A stretch of DNA of 58,405 nucleotides, counting the filler, from Sphacelaria rigidula (Eukaryota): NCBI GenBank assembly GCA_964200075.2. It is 7 parts of 7 records of this genome, joined end to end, with 100 filler letters (N's around TTAATTAATTAA, not from the genome) between each part and the next. Parts side by side here need not be neighbours in the genome. Positions count along the whole stretch, not along the records: positions 1 to 8,259 come from CAXNAA020011750.1; positions 8,360 to 16,617 come from CAXNAA020011751.1; 5 more parts are not named here. One strand, given 5' to 3'. This document shows, piece by piece, positions 1-10,916 of the stretch (position 1 is the stretch's first letter; each line of letters starts with the position of its first letter). A model generated the notes under the pieces. The model had not been told where the DNA came from, did not search any database, and saw only the letters and a program-made list of their open reading frames with translations. The translations under genes were made by a program, and so were the position numbers.

Positions 1-2579
1 CAGTCGTGTTTCTCATGTTTTTTGTTGTTTGGTCGGCGTTTAGTTTCTCTTCCCCCACCCTAACCTTTTTTTTGGGGGGGGGGGGGGGGGGCTATCGTAG
101 AAAGTGTCCCCTCCCGGAGGGCAATCTATCGAAAATGGTCATGATTTTTTTTGTTGACATTGTTGAAAGATATTGAAATGCACACACGCTGACAAAATCC
201 GACAAGTCTGGCGAGCTTTGCGAGGCTCGTATATTTGCTTCTGCTCCTCATTGCCCGCCCTGTTCCGATGACTTCGAATGCCGGCAACGCTCACACACGT
301 GCATGTACGATACACGAGCGCACGGTAGCGACAGCCTGTCGCCAAAGTAGCAACAACATGATCTCACGCTTCGCCAAATTTGCCCGGACTAGTGGAAGGT
401 AGTATAGGCGGCACACGATACGGAACATGACCCAATAAATGTAATCATGGTAGGTGATGAGCTTGGAGGGGCGGTGTGTCCGTCATCTCGGCGGTCTCCA
501 TACCAAGGATCTCTGTACACGGTAGCTGATCGCATCCGCCATTGCCTCGGCAATAATCTAGGAAAAAGCAAGCTAGATGTTCCCCCCCGCCCCCCTCGAA
601 AACTCAAATTTTCGATTTTGAGTCCTGCGTGTCCCGAAATATGTTTTTGACCGACCCTTGGGCCCACCCCATTTGAGGTTACTGCGACGTACCGTAACTG
701 ATAAACGACTATTAATATAGTAGCATTTGGATTACCCCTGACCGCTTAGACGCTGTGCATCTTGGCGAGGCTACGATGAGGGTAGAGAGAAACCTCCATA
801 CTAATAGTAAAGTGCATGTACTGCACCACGGTAGTGCAGAAGTACAGTAAAGTAACCACAGCGTGAATACAGTCGATCGCTGCAGCACAGGCAGTGCGGC
901 AAGCAGAGCGAACGATGCCAGAGGGATAGCCACCTGGGAAGTAGGGATGGAGCAAGTAAGTGGGCAACAGCAAAGTACTTGGAGCGTGTTGACATGGTCA
1001 CAACATATGGACATTTAGGATTACGGTATCAAAAATGAAAAAACGTTCAGTGTGATATGACGGACCGTTTCAGCATGATATCGGTGATCAATCTCATGCG
1101 AGAGAGCAACAAATGAAGATCAATCAACCTGCAAACAAGTGACGAAAAACTTCCTGTATGACCGATAGCCACGTATACCTACCGCATGAAACCGGAAGGA
1201 AAATAACCATTCCAGTGTGCCATATACGCATTTGATGTAACATTGATTGAGGACCATACACGCTTTGACTGGCGTCGCGAACTACTCGTGTTTGTTGTTG
1301 GCGTGGGCATCTTCTTGGATTATGTGTGGTCTTCTTTCTCACTTGAATATATCTAAAACTTGTAATTTACCCACCGGTGTGGGGTGGAGGGGTATCTGAC
1401 ATTCCAGTCTACGGGGGTACCTCAGGAAGGATCAACAAAAGTAGGCTACAGCGAAAACATCGTGTGCCCTGTGTCATACATTGGAGGGTCAGGTGCGGCG
1501 TATGTATTCCACGGAACCCATACGTATCACAGGTGTCTTCGTTAAAAATTTCGCACACAACCATATGATTCGGATCTTTGCGATACACAGAGTGGAGATT
1601 CGTCCCCCAAATATTTACAGAATAGTGCAAGGGGAGGGTGCAACTGGACGGTTGATGATGAGGATTCCCAATGATGCTCCCGGACAAGTGCTGGTGATGA
1701 AGAACGAGTATCGTGCGTAACCACTGGATCATACCGGTTAATCTGCCAGGGTCGAACCAAAATCGATCTCCTGAGCAAGTGATGATGGTGGAAAACCAGT
1801 ATCATGTGCAAATGACTGGGTCACATCCACTCATTTGCCGGGGTCGAAGTAGACACGGCGTTCCCAAACGAGTGTCGATGATTTACGACGATTACCACAT
1901 GAAAAATAACTAGGTACTAAATTTTCATCTCTCAGGGTCGAATGATGGACGATGTCCCCGAAGGATAGCTGGTGGTTCTCGGCGATTATCATGTGAACAT
2001 GACCGGGTAAATTATTTTCCCCCGCAAGGCGCGAATCTTGGGTCATGTTCCTTTCATCTGCCAGGCGCTCACTGAAAATGGTGGTTATATATGAACGCTG
2101 GTGGTGGACCAAGATCAAAATATGTAAAACGCCGGGAAATGGGCACGTTCGGAGACGCGTTGAAGGGTCACGACAAATTCGACAATGCCTCTAGAAAGCG
2201 TACAACAACCCGAACCCGAGAACGTCAACCACTACGTCCACCCAATCACGGCCACCACGTGACCACCCACACTACGTCTCACCCACAGCAAGCACACACC
2301 GACAGCGATGGAGGGCACTGCCTCCCAGCGTTCATCTCCCCCCGCCACTGCAACGCTTCCTATCAAGCATTTCCCTGCTCAAGCACCGCACGCAAGAAGA
2401 CTACATCAGCCCGCCCGAGACGGTCGAACACTCGCATCAAGGGACAGTCGCAAAAGTACCGTCCGCAGATCCAGATGTCAAATGCGCAGACCGTAGCAGC
2501 CCCTCCCTTTCTGTGGTGCTTACTATTTCTTACGATCCTAGTAATTGTTTCCCTATTGATGGCCCCGTTGCGTACCTCG

Positions 2580-3015
2580 TGAATGACTCGTAGAGAGTAA
2601 GTCAAGACCTCTAGTATCATGTTGGATAGCGTACGGACGTGCAAAGTCAGGAGGGAATTGTCTTGCTCGTGAGGGTTAAGATTAACGCCGCTGATTTCGA
2701 GGCATTGAGACAAACCAGAGTACTTTCGCCTGCAGTCGGCGTCATGGTTATTCTCATGTGGACCATCGGGCCCGACATACATCCCGCTCGAGCAACCCGT
2801 GAGGGGGTGGGGGCGACGCCGGCCGTTATAGGTGTGCGTGTGGCCATCGTTGGCCGTGTCGTGGAATCTTATTCCGTAGCCTGCGACCTCGAAGTCCTGC
2901 CCGGCGCTGTCATGCGGAAGAGCGTTCGGGGCCAGCGCTAATTGTAGAGACTCGACCGGGGCAACATTTCAGCTGAAGCCGATACCACTGCGTACGGCGC
3001 GATCTGAAACATGGC
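2580..3015 (-). pseudogene. Decayed KDZ (Kyakuja-Dileera-Zisupton)-like transposase catalytic-domain fragment
   Basis: Minus-strand translation across one stop and a frameshift reads GIGFS*NVAPVESLQLAL...GIRFHDTANDGHTHTYNGR / VGPDGPHENNHDADCRRKYS...GVNLNPHEQDNSLL. This follows the KDZ motif order GF..ES..., YD.AC..., D.FH..NH..C...Y, N...EQ.NS.L. Recognised by eye only. Confidence 0.55.
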
Positions 3016-3441
3016 AAGGGACGAGCACGGACGAGTGGATGACGGTCGAATCCGCAGGCAACACTGACCGTGAGTGCGTTTCGCGCTTTTCGATGCATGA
3101 TTGTGAAGCAGATAGTATAAGGACTACCTCGTGTGCGCTACACCGGGAATCTGGGGTACATTGGCTCGCACATCAAGGAATTTCAGCGTGCGCGTGTGGC
3201 AGCGCGCATGGGATTTTTTTTTGGCGGCCCGAAGGCAACCCGGATGTGGGGGTGTGCGGATGTGATTGCGGGACTTTATGCTACGAGCACGCGCGACGGA
3301 CTGACTCACCGGCTCTCGTCCGTTCTTCCGGGCCAGTAGGGAGCAGGCCTTCCACGACGAACCGGACCTTGGCCTGCGCGACGCATAGTAAATTAAAAAG
3401 CTCACGGTTGAGAATCTTGACGAACAGAAACTGAGGGAGTA

Positions 3442-4010
3442 GCTTGTGGTGGAAAAAACAAATTACTCGAGCAAACAAGTCAGTGCTCGTGATTTAAAAA
3501 ATGAATAGCTTGAGCAGTCGAGTCATTACTCGTGGTGAAGAAATAGATTACTCCAGCCCACGCGTCACCGCTCGTGGTTAAAAAAATGAATGACGCGAGC
3601 ACACGAGTCACTGCTCGTCGTTGAAAAAAACAATGACTCAAGCACACGAGTCTGTGCTCGTGATTGGAAAAGTAAACGACTCAAGTATACGAGTAAGTGC
3701 TCATGGTTGAAAATTCTCGTCGTCGAAAAAGTGAGATGACTGGTTCAAAAATTAAATGACTCGAGCAAAAGACTTACTGCTCGTGGTGAAGAAAATAACT
3801 GGCTCAAGCATTCGAGTCGTTTCTCATGGTGAAAACCAAAAATAGCTCGAGCACTCGAGTCATTGCTCGTGGTGGAAAAATGAATGACTCGAGTGCTCGA
3901 GTCGAAGTTCGTGGTGAAAAAAATGAGTGACTCGAGGAAACAAGCCATGCTCGTTGCTTTCAAAATAAATCACTCAAGCATCCGAGTCATCCTCGGTGTG
4001 TAAAAAAACA
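3442..4010. repeat. Degenerate 43-bp tandem array (about 13 units) with an internal palindrome
   Basis: Units start at about 3442, 3485, 3528, 3570, 3613, 3656, 3699, then 3779 to 3991. Consensus is about GCTCGTGGTGGAAAAAATGAATGACTCGAGCACTCGAGTCATT. Confidence 0.9.
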
Positions 4011-4095
4011 CACACGAATGCACTCGTTTCGACGTCGTCTCGGCCTACGTGCACGAGCATCCTAAGCATTCACACCGAGTCAAGAAAAGAGGGGG

Positions 4096-4334
4096 GACAC
4101 TTTCTACGATAGCCCCCCCCCCCAGAAAAAACCCAGCCCAAAAGTGCCACGAAAAAAACGGTCATGCAGCGCCTGATGTTTCGCTTATATATTTGTTTAC
4201 ATTAGCAAGAACTAACCCAAGCGTGGGAGTTCCCAGCTGCTCGCTGTGGTCGGTTTTTCCCATTTCGATTCACGTGAAGATTTTGCCTCCACAAACCAGG
4301 CACTTTTGAGGGGGAGGCTATCGTAGAAAGTGTC
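4096..4334. mobile_element. MITE with TIR GACACTTTCTACGATAGCCCCC
   Basis: Terminal inverted repeats at both ends. A homologous full copy is at 41794-42041 and a lone right TIR at about 75-108. Confidence 0.85.
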
Positions 4335-4419
4335 GGGGACTCTCACCGCACGCTGCACACCTTTAACCCGAGAAGGGCATCTGCGGGGTCCTTCTCATTC
4401 TCCTGCGTCAAATATTTTT

Positions 4420-5661
4420 TTCTTTGATGTTCGTCGTTTTTTCGGGTGACTATTGAGGATAAAAAACGTTGATGTTGGACCTTAACTCAGTTTTTTCAGC
4501 TCACTTCATCGAATTGTGATTTTAAAGAGCATGGACAAGGGCAACGATATCCTGGGGAAAAAAAAGCCTTCACCTTTTTGGGAGAGAGGTTAGGGCGTTC
4601 TCGGGAAAAATGGTCTTCACCATACTCAAACGTCCTAGACCAATAATAATGAAAAAAAATTAGGTTCAACTCAAAAGCCGTGCTTTCCCTGACCTAAATT
4701 CATGACAAATGACTCATATGGACGGCCTCATCCCTCCCGACCTCCCTAAAACTATTTCGGGTGGTTTCTAATCTTCTGTGCTCCTAAAGGATATGTGCGA
4801 AAGCACACTTTCGCCGCGATTCCGGGGTGAAAAAAAGACGTTTTTTGGCCCGACAATCGTGCTTTCACACATACCCTTTGGGGGAACGGAAGGCTAGAAA
4901 TCCCCCGTGATGGTTTTAGGCAGGTCGAGAGGGATGGGGTTCTCCCTATGAAATTAATTTGTCGTAAATTCAGGTCAGGGAAAGTACGGCTTTCGGGTTG
5001 AACATCATTTTTTGTTTCAACCCCATTTCCGAGAATCCACTGTTTTTTCTTGGTTCATGCCCTAGCGAGATCCCACACAAAATTCCAACACACAAGTACC
5101 AAACCTGGGTCGGTAAGTGGCCCGCAACATACTGTTCCGAATTTCGATCGGCCCGGTTATCAAACGGCCCATCCGCAGCTCAATTGTTTTAGTTAGACTT
5201 TGAAAATTGGTATGGACAACGAATAGGCCATCATACAAAAACGCATGCATGGACCCTAGCCGTTGTTTTTCTTTCATAGTTGAAGACAATAATCGGTTTT
5301 CAGGTTCAGTAAAATGCCGTTAATTCACGGAGAAGAAACTTTGGGTCCACGCATACGTCTTTTTATTGTAGCCTATGCATTGCACATACCGAATTTGAAG
5401 GTCCAACTTCAAACAGTAAGCTGCGAATGGGCCTACAAACTACAAATCCGCTTCTAGGCTGGTCCAACTCGTATGACAATATCGGTTTTCAGGTTCAGTA
5501 AAATGCCGTTAATTCATGGAGAAATAGCTTTGGGTCCACGCATACGTCTTTTTAATGTAGCCTTTGCATTGCACACACCGAATTTGAAGGTCCAACTTTA
5601 AACAGTAAGCTGAGAATGGGCCTACAAACTACAAATACGCTTCTAGGCTGGTCCAACTCGT
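4420..5661 (-). mobile_element. Tc1/mariner-like MITE family A copy, with nested foldback and duplicated terminus
   Basis: Reverse-complement homology to 15568-16558. Terminus TCTAGGCTGGTCCAACTCG-TA occurs twice (about 5452-5473 and 5642-5663) because of a ~190-bp tandem duplication. Confidence 0.75.
4660..5040. mobile_element. Foldback MITE (GAGAG-terminus family), truncated, inserted in the family A MITE
   Basis: Long inverted arms (gctttccctgacct...aggtcagggaaag), homologous to 41150-41574 and 47155-47578. Confidence 0.75.
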
Positions 5662-6715
5662 ATCGAGCACCACATCCACCAACCTAGCATTAATCTTTCT
5701 TTTTTCTTCAAAGGTGTTAGAATCGGGGCATAATATCTAAAAAGCGAGCACTGCTTTCGGTGAGATTACGAGCATAAAATGACGACTACACGAGGGTGAT
5801 TAGGAGAGCCCTACATTGTGCGGTAGCACGAGAACGTTCATTAGTCCAAGAGTAGCAATGTCAACAGACGCCAGGCTTACCAGATGCTACCTCCCGTGCT
5901 GCAAAAGGTGGGGGCGCGTGGGTGGAGGGGCTCGGAGAGTATGGCGTGGAATAACGTACAATCTTCATTACCCTGCATCAGTATTCCGCTGAACATCTTC
6001 AACACCTCTTTGCTGCATATGTTTTGTGGTACCAGACAAGAGGTTGTACATCTACGAGTACGGCAAAAAACGTTTGCTTCGATTCTAAAATGTTTACTAC
6101 ACGATCGGTTTCAGAGTTTTCGGTCCATGTGTGCCGTATCCACTGTCCTCTCCTTCGGCCGCCTAGAGCTATTCCACTTGGAAATTAGTCTAAACCTAAC
6201 ACCGATACATCGCACACATGTACCCACACCGGAACACTCCAACGCCGAACCACAAGGATCAGCTATATGGGAGGAAATTACACTTTACCAGTCACGGACT
6301 CACTTTTGGCATTCGCGAAACCGGCATACGTTCTTGTCGCATCGGCAGCACTTGGTGTTGAGGTCACGGTTAAAACTCTTACAGCAACCGCTGCAAGTCC
6401 ATCGCCCGCACTTGTCGTTGCCAAGGCAATAATTTCCTTCGCGTTCCCATCACGAACACTACGGAGTTGCCCTTGCGGTGGCACATAGAGCAGTGAATAT
6501 TTCAAGCTGCTTCTTTGCTGCGCCTGCCTTGACCACCTCTACCTGGGATGCGCCGCGCAGCAGTCGCTCGACGACCTCTCGTCGGCGCTCGTCCAATTTA
6601 ATCTCCGCCACCTGCAAGCGGCGCCCGCCCAATCCCTTCTCGGCCGCCTCTGCTCCATTGTCGGGGTGACGCACCTCGACGAGAAGCCGGTCTTGCCGTC
6701 TCGGCAGACCACACA

Positions 6716-7152
6716 ACACGGGATTTGACAAAGTGGGGATGGAGTTTTTTAGTGAGGATGAGAAACCGGGATAATTAAAATCCTCGTATCCACATCAAAT
6801 GTTCGAATATGATTCCATTTATTCACTTACTGGTAGCTATTGACAACTACTACACACAATACGAATTAGGATTTCGATGACCGAAATGTTGGGGTCCTCG
6901 GTGTAAAATCAATTTCGGGGAATTTCGGCGATCTGATCGGATCATCTAAATTGCCCCAATTTTTTTCACCTAGGACCCCAACATGTCGGTTATCAGGATC
7001 CATATTTGTATGGCGTGCCGTAGTTGTCAAAAGCTACCAGTGTGGAGGAGTGGACCTATCTTTCGAAGATTTGATGTGGATACGAAGGTTTCATTTCTCC
7101 GGGTTTCTTATCCCCAATAAAAGATCCATCCCCAATTTGTAAAATCCCGTGT
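6716..7152. mobile_element. Foldback MITE with long inverted arms (TIR ACACGGGATTTGACAAAGTGGGGATGGA)
   Basis: Left end acacgggatttgacaaagtggggatgga pairs with right end tccatccccaatttgtaaaatcccgtgt, and complementarity continues well inward. A partial related arm is at about 24920-24975. Confidence 0.85.
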
Positions 7153-8259
7153 TATACATCAGGCACGGACAGTGACTGTGTTAGGACGACGGCTGTAGCT
7201 GGAGTCGCCGTGCGCGATGAAGTTGGTCGCGACCTTGCAGTTGCACATGCAAGTGCGGCCGCCAGCTGGCGAGTCGGCGAAAGGGTTCTTGTTTTCGAAG
7301 ATGTCCATGACGGACTAATCGCGCCAGGTGCAGCAGAAGTACGGTGAGTGCTGCTCATGGTCGCTCGCTAGGTCAGCGCGGAATGCACTACCCGCGCCTG
7401 CACCTGCTCTGTGCCAACCTTTCAGAGCTCCAGCTACCAGCCCGTGTAGCGCGGGCTACGCGCAGGTATCAAACGGCTGGATCTTGGTGAAGTAGCGTAC
7501 ACTATAACACAGTCTGTTGTCATATGATGCGGTACCGTACTGAACATATCCTGTATCATAACGGCTGTATCTTCGTGAAGCTGCCTACACTACAGTACAG
7601 TGTCGTCATACGGTGCGATACTGTACTGTACGTATCATACTCCACGGTGGTTGCCGGTCGGTAATAATATGCGGTCGGTTTTGCAAACGAGTCTCTGTAC
7701 ACAGTATAATAACTACGACAAAACGGTAAAGGCTACAGCTCGGACAGTGGGCCCGTCATGACCTCGTGAGTTACAAATCCTACCATCACCCGTCATCACT
7801 TCTCTCTGTTGGTGCTGCTGTTACTACTGTTGTCTGCTGTCTACTGTACAAAGTACAAGTTTATTATTTATTTAGTAATCTTGTTATATTTTTGAAAGCA
7901 ACGTAGTACAATGTGTATTAGATATAAATTGGAGAAGTCTGCTCATCAGACCCGCAACAAAGTAGGAACACGAAACATGACCATGAAAATTTGAAGTATT
8001 GAGTGTTGGAGCCTGAAGCCTGACGCCTATCGGCCTGTCTGGTGACGAGTTACGCCACATGGAGCACTTGCGAGCAAAAAATATCGCAAATGTATGCGCC
8101 TTTTATGCGCCTTTAAGCAAGTTAAGCTCGTTTCAAGCATATTCAGCCGATTATAAGCTTTGCGCTAAGACCCACTTTTATGGCAACGAGTCCCGATTTT
8201 TACAAATATGAGGATTTCAGCCCATCTACAGGCGATTTCCTCCCGTGGATTGATTTTTC

Positions 8260-8359
8260 NNNNNNNNNNNNNNNNNNNNNNNNNNNNNNNNNNNNNNNNN
8301 NNNTTAATTAATTAANNNNNNNNNNNNNNNNNNNNNNNNNNNNNNNNNNNNNNNNNNNN
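8260..8359. other. Artificial contig linker (N44-TTAATTAATTAA-N44)
   Basis: 100-bp spacer with a stop-codon pad. Identical linkers at 16618-16717, 24976-25075, 33334-33433, 41692-41791 and 50049-50148. Confidence 0.98.
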
Positions 8360-9698
8360 GAGTTGCTTTATTTTCTGGTATCGCCACTTCCAGAGAGAGC
8401 CCCGGCTTATACACTGCTTCATGGGTGCATCACCGGAGGAAAGTAGGGAGAGATGGAGGGAGGGGGGTGGATCCAAGTGATGCATATTTTTGATGAGCTG
8501 GAAATAGAGTGCGTTGTTTTAGGCGCATGTGTATCAAGGTGGCTTTGATCGATTGATTCATTGGTTGATTGATTGTCGCTCTTGACCGGGGCCATATGGC
8601 TTACCCGAGAGAATGTTAACGCGGAACCCCAGTGCGGCTTTGTTTTGGTAGCTATAACAGTCCCAAGTTCATTGTTTTTCAATGATTTTGAAGTAAAACA
8701 CTCTTAGTACTACTGTGAGGGCGGGCCATGTACAGCGGCCGGACACGATCGGCAAGCGTAGAGACCGCGGAAAGGACGGCAGTCGCAGCCTCCCGATGGA
8801 AATGTGAAATCAGCGGAAGATAATATTGTGATGTATACATGGAGGCTGAAAATGTACAGCCGTCAAACCTTGAATGCGGCAATTACTCAATCGGGATTTT
8901 ACACACACGCTTTGTCACTATTACTCGAGAGTTTAAGAGTCGGTAGGGGTCGGAAAAAGAGGCAGGTCGCACTCAAGATATATTTTTCAGTTTTGTCTTG
9001 TCGGAATGATACCGAATGAAACCCCGCTCACAGAGGGGGTGATAATGACTACCTATGCCCCAAAAACACGGTTTCTATGCTGTAACGCAATGAATGTGAA
9101 TGTGAAGGAAATAGAGAACCTGAAGCCACAGAATTGTTGAATACAATGATCAGGATCGGTACGATCGAGCGGAAATACCGAAGAGCGAGAACCGGGGGTT
9201 GCACACTCCTATGGCCCCGAAAGACTGATGAGCACGTATCTCGTTGCAAAATTGGTCGTAGGTTATGTTTTCTTCTATAAAACTTTGTCCGGTATTCATG
9301 TTTCTGGATTCTCAAAGTTCGAGATCAGACAGAAACCGTGATGAGTCGCGATGCCCGCAATACCTGACGAAATCGCTTCCTACCGAAATTGTTTCGTTCA
9401 AAGTTTGACCACTAGATATATCGACCCTGGGTCCATTTTTGATGCGATTTATAATGCCACCACCGCTGTATTCCTCGGGGATGAGTTAATGTGTAAAGTG
9501 CGGCGGTAAACCAACCAATCAATATGTGATCCTCTTTATCAATCGGTCTCATACGGATCTTTCGTAGTGTAGGTGCCCTTTTTCGTGTAAATGTTTTGTT
9601 TCCTGCCTTTCTCTGCGGGCTATTTGAGTTATGGTCATGGGTGGTTTGCTCCTTGCACTTTGTGACCACGGATTCGAGAGATCGAGCTAATGTGATGG

Positions 9699-9774
<76 letters not shown>

Positions 9775-9850
9775 TATAATTATAATTATAATTATAATTA
9801 TAATTATAATAACAATAATAATAATAATAATAATTATAATAATAATAATT
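9699..9850. repeat. (ATA/ATT)n trinucleotide microsatellite
   Basis: Read directly; it produces the spurious poly-Ile ORF 9596-9931. Confidence 0.97.
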
Positions 9851-10071
9851 CAGGTGGAAAATCGGAGTTCGTCAGACATGAAAAATCTGGACAGTGGTTC
9901 CGCGTGTTTTTTTCCCATAATAACAACATAAATGAGCTCATGGCCTGTTTTAATGAGCTCGTGGCCTTTTTTCTTCAACTTTTCTCTGGTTTTCCCTTGG
10001 AAATATGTTAGTCATTCCGTGTTTCATTTCGATTCACTGTCGTGGATAATGCCTCGATCTGCAAAATACAG

Positions 10072-10157
10072 GCCAGGCCCGGGCGGTCAATAGACATGGT
10101 GTGCAGGTTCTCCAGCACAGGGTGACCGACTGCCTTCAGAGCCTTCAGAGGCACATG
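10072..10157 (+). CDS. Internal exon of unknown multi-exon gene (QARAVNRHGVQVLQHRVTDCLQSLQRHM)
   Basis: tacag acceptor, GTGAGC donor, open frame; phase 0 end matches the next exon. Confidence 0.55.
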
Positions 10158-10513
10158 GTGAGCTGCTTGTCTGTCGCACCACAGTAACCATAACAGCGCA
10201 GAGCATATATTGAGAGGCACAACAATATTCATGTGACCCATGAAATACATCGTGTACTCACCATGTCCGACATTTTGTGGGTGGTATAGTGTAACTGGTA
10301 CTAGGAACTTCGTCCTGCAAGTACTGTGGCAATAGGCAGACGAGGTTCACGAAATTGCGCAGGTGTCGCCGCCCTTCATCACGTGACAGCAACATGTGAC
10401 ACGCTGCATACTTTTGACATATTTTGTGCTTGTGACTTATGGGGGGGGCGTCCTCTGTACATGTCTTGACTCATTCACTTTGTCGTGCTATTTCTCGCGC
10501 TGCTGCTGCGCAG

Positions 10514-10608
10514 GAGGCCGTACAGGTTTTCGCGAACCAGAACGCCTCGTTTGCACTAGAACTCCGACTTTGCGGGCTGGGAGCACGCGCAGATCAGCGT
10601 CGAAGGCT
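10514..10608 (+). CDS. Internal exon of the same gene (EAVQVFANQNASFALELRLCGLGARADQRRR)
   Basis: gcgcag acceptor, GTAAGT donor; phase 2 end joins in frame to the exon at 10917. Confidence 0.65.
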
Positions 10609-10916
10609 GTAAGTGTTCATCGGAGTACTGTATGTTGAATCGTATCGTTTTGCAGCATCGATCGGAAGCACGTGATCGACGCACAGTCGTCGTAAACCAA
10701 GGTAGTACGGACCAAAATAATGACGAACGAGAAGCAAGCTCAATTAAAAGCCAAGCATGATGAACATGATGGCATCAGAAGAAGGTGCTGGCTTGCATCA
10801 TTGGCAATCGTCCGTTCGCCAGCTTGCTTTCCTCATCAGCGTCAACAATGCGTGCCTCATAGCCGCTGAAGTGCGTGCACCGGCGTATGACTTGAATGAT
10901 TCCCTGCTTGCAACAG

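Noticed and set aside
3442-4010. CRISPR array
   Set aside because: The whole 43-bp unit repeats with diffuse divergence; there are no unique spacers, no invariant repeat and no cas genes, and the context is eukaryotic.
8304-8315. Conserved TTAATTAATTAA motif recurring every ~8.36 kb
   Set aside because: Synthetic stop-codon pad inside the N linkers.
9596-9931. Poly-Ile membrane protein ORF
   Set aside because: Translation of an (ATA)n microsatellite. The same applies to the CV/TH repeats at 24537-24885 and 50936-51607 and the poly-T ORF at 48556-48867.
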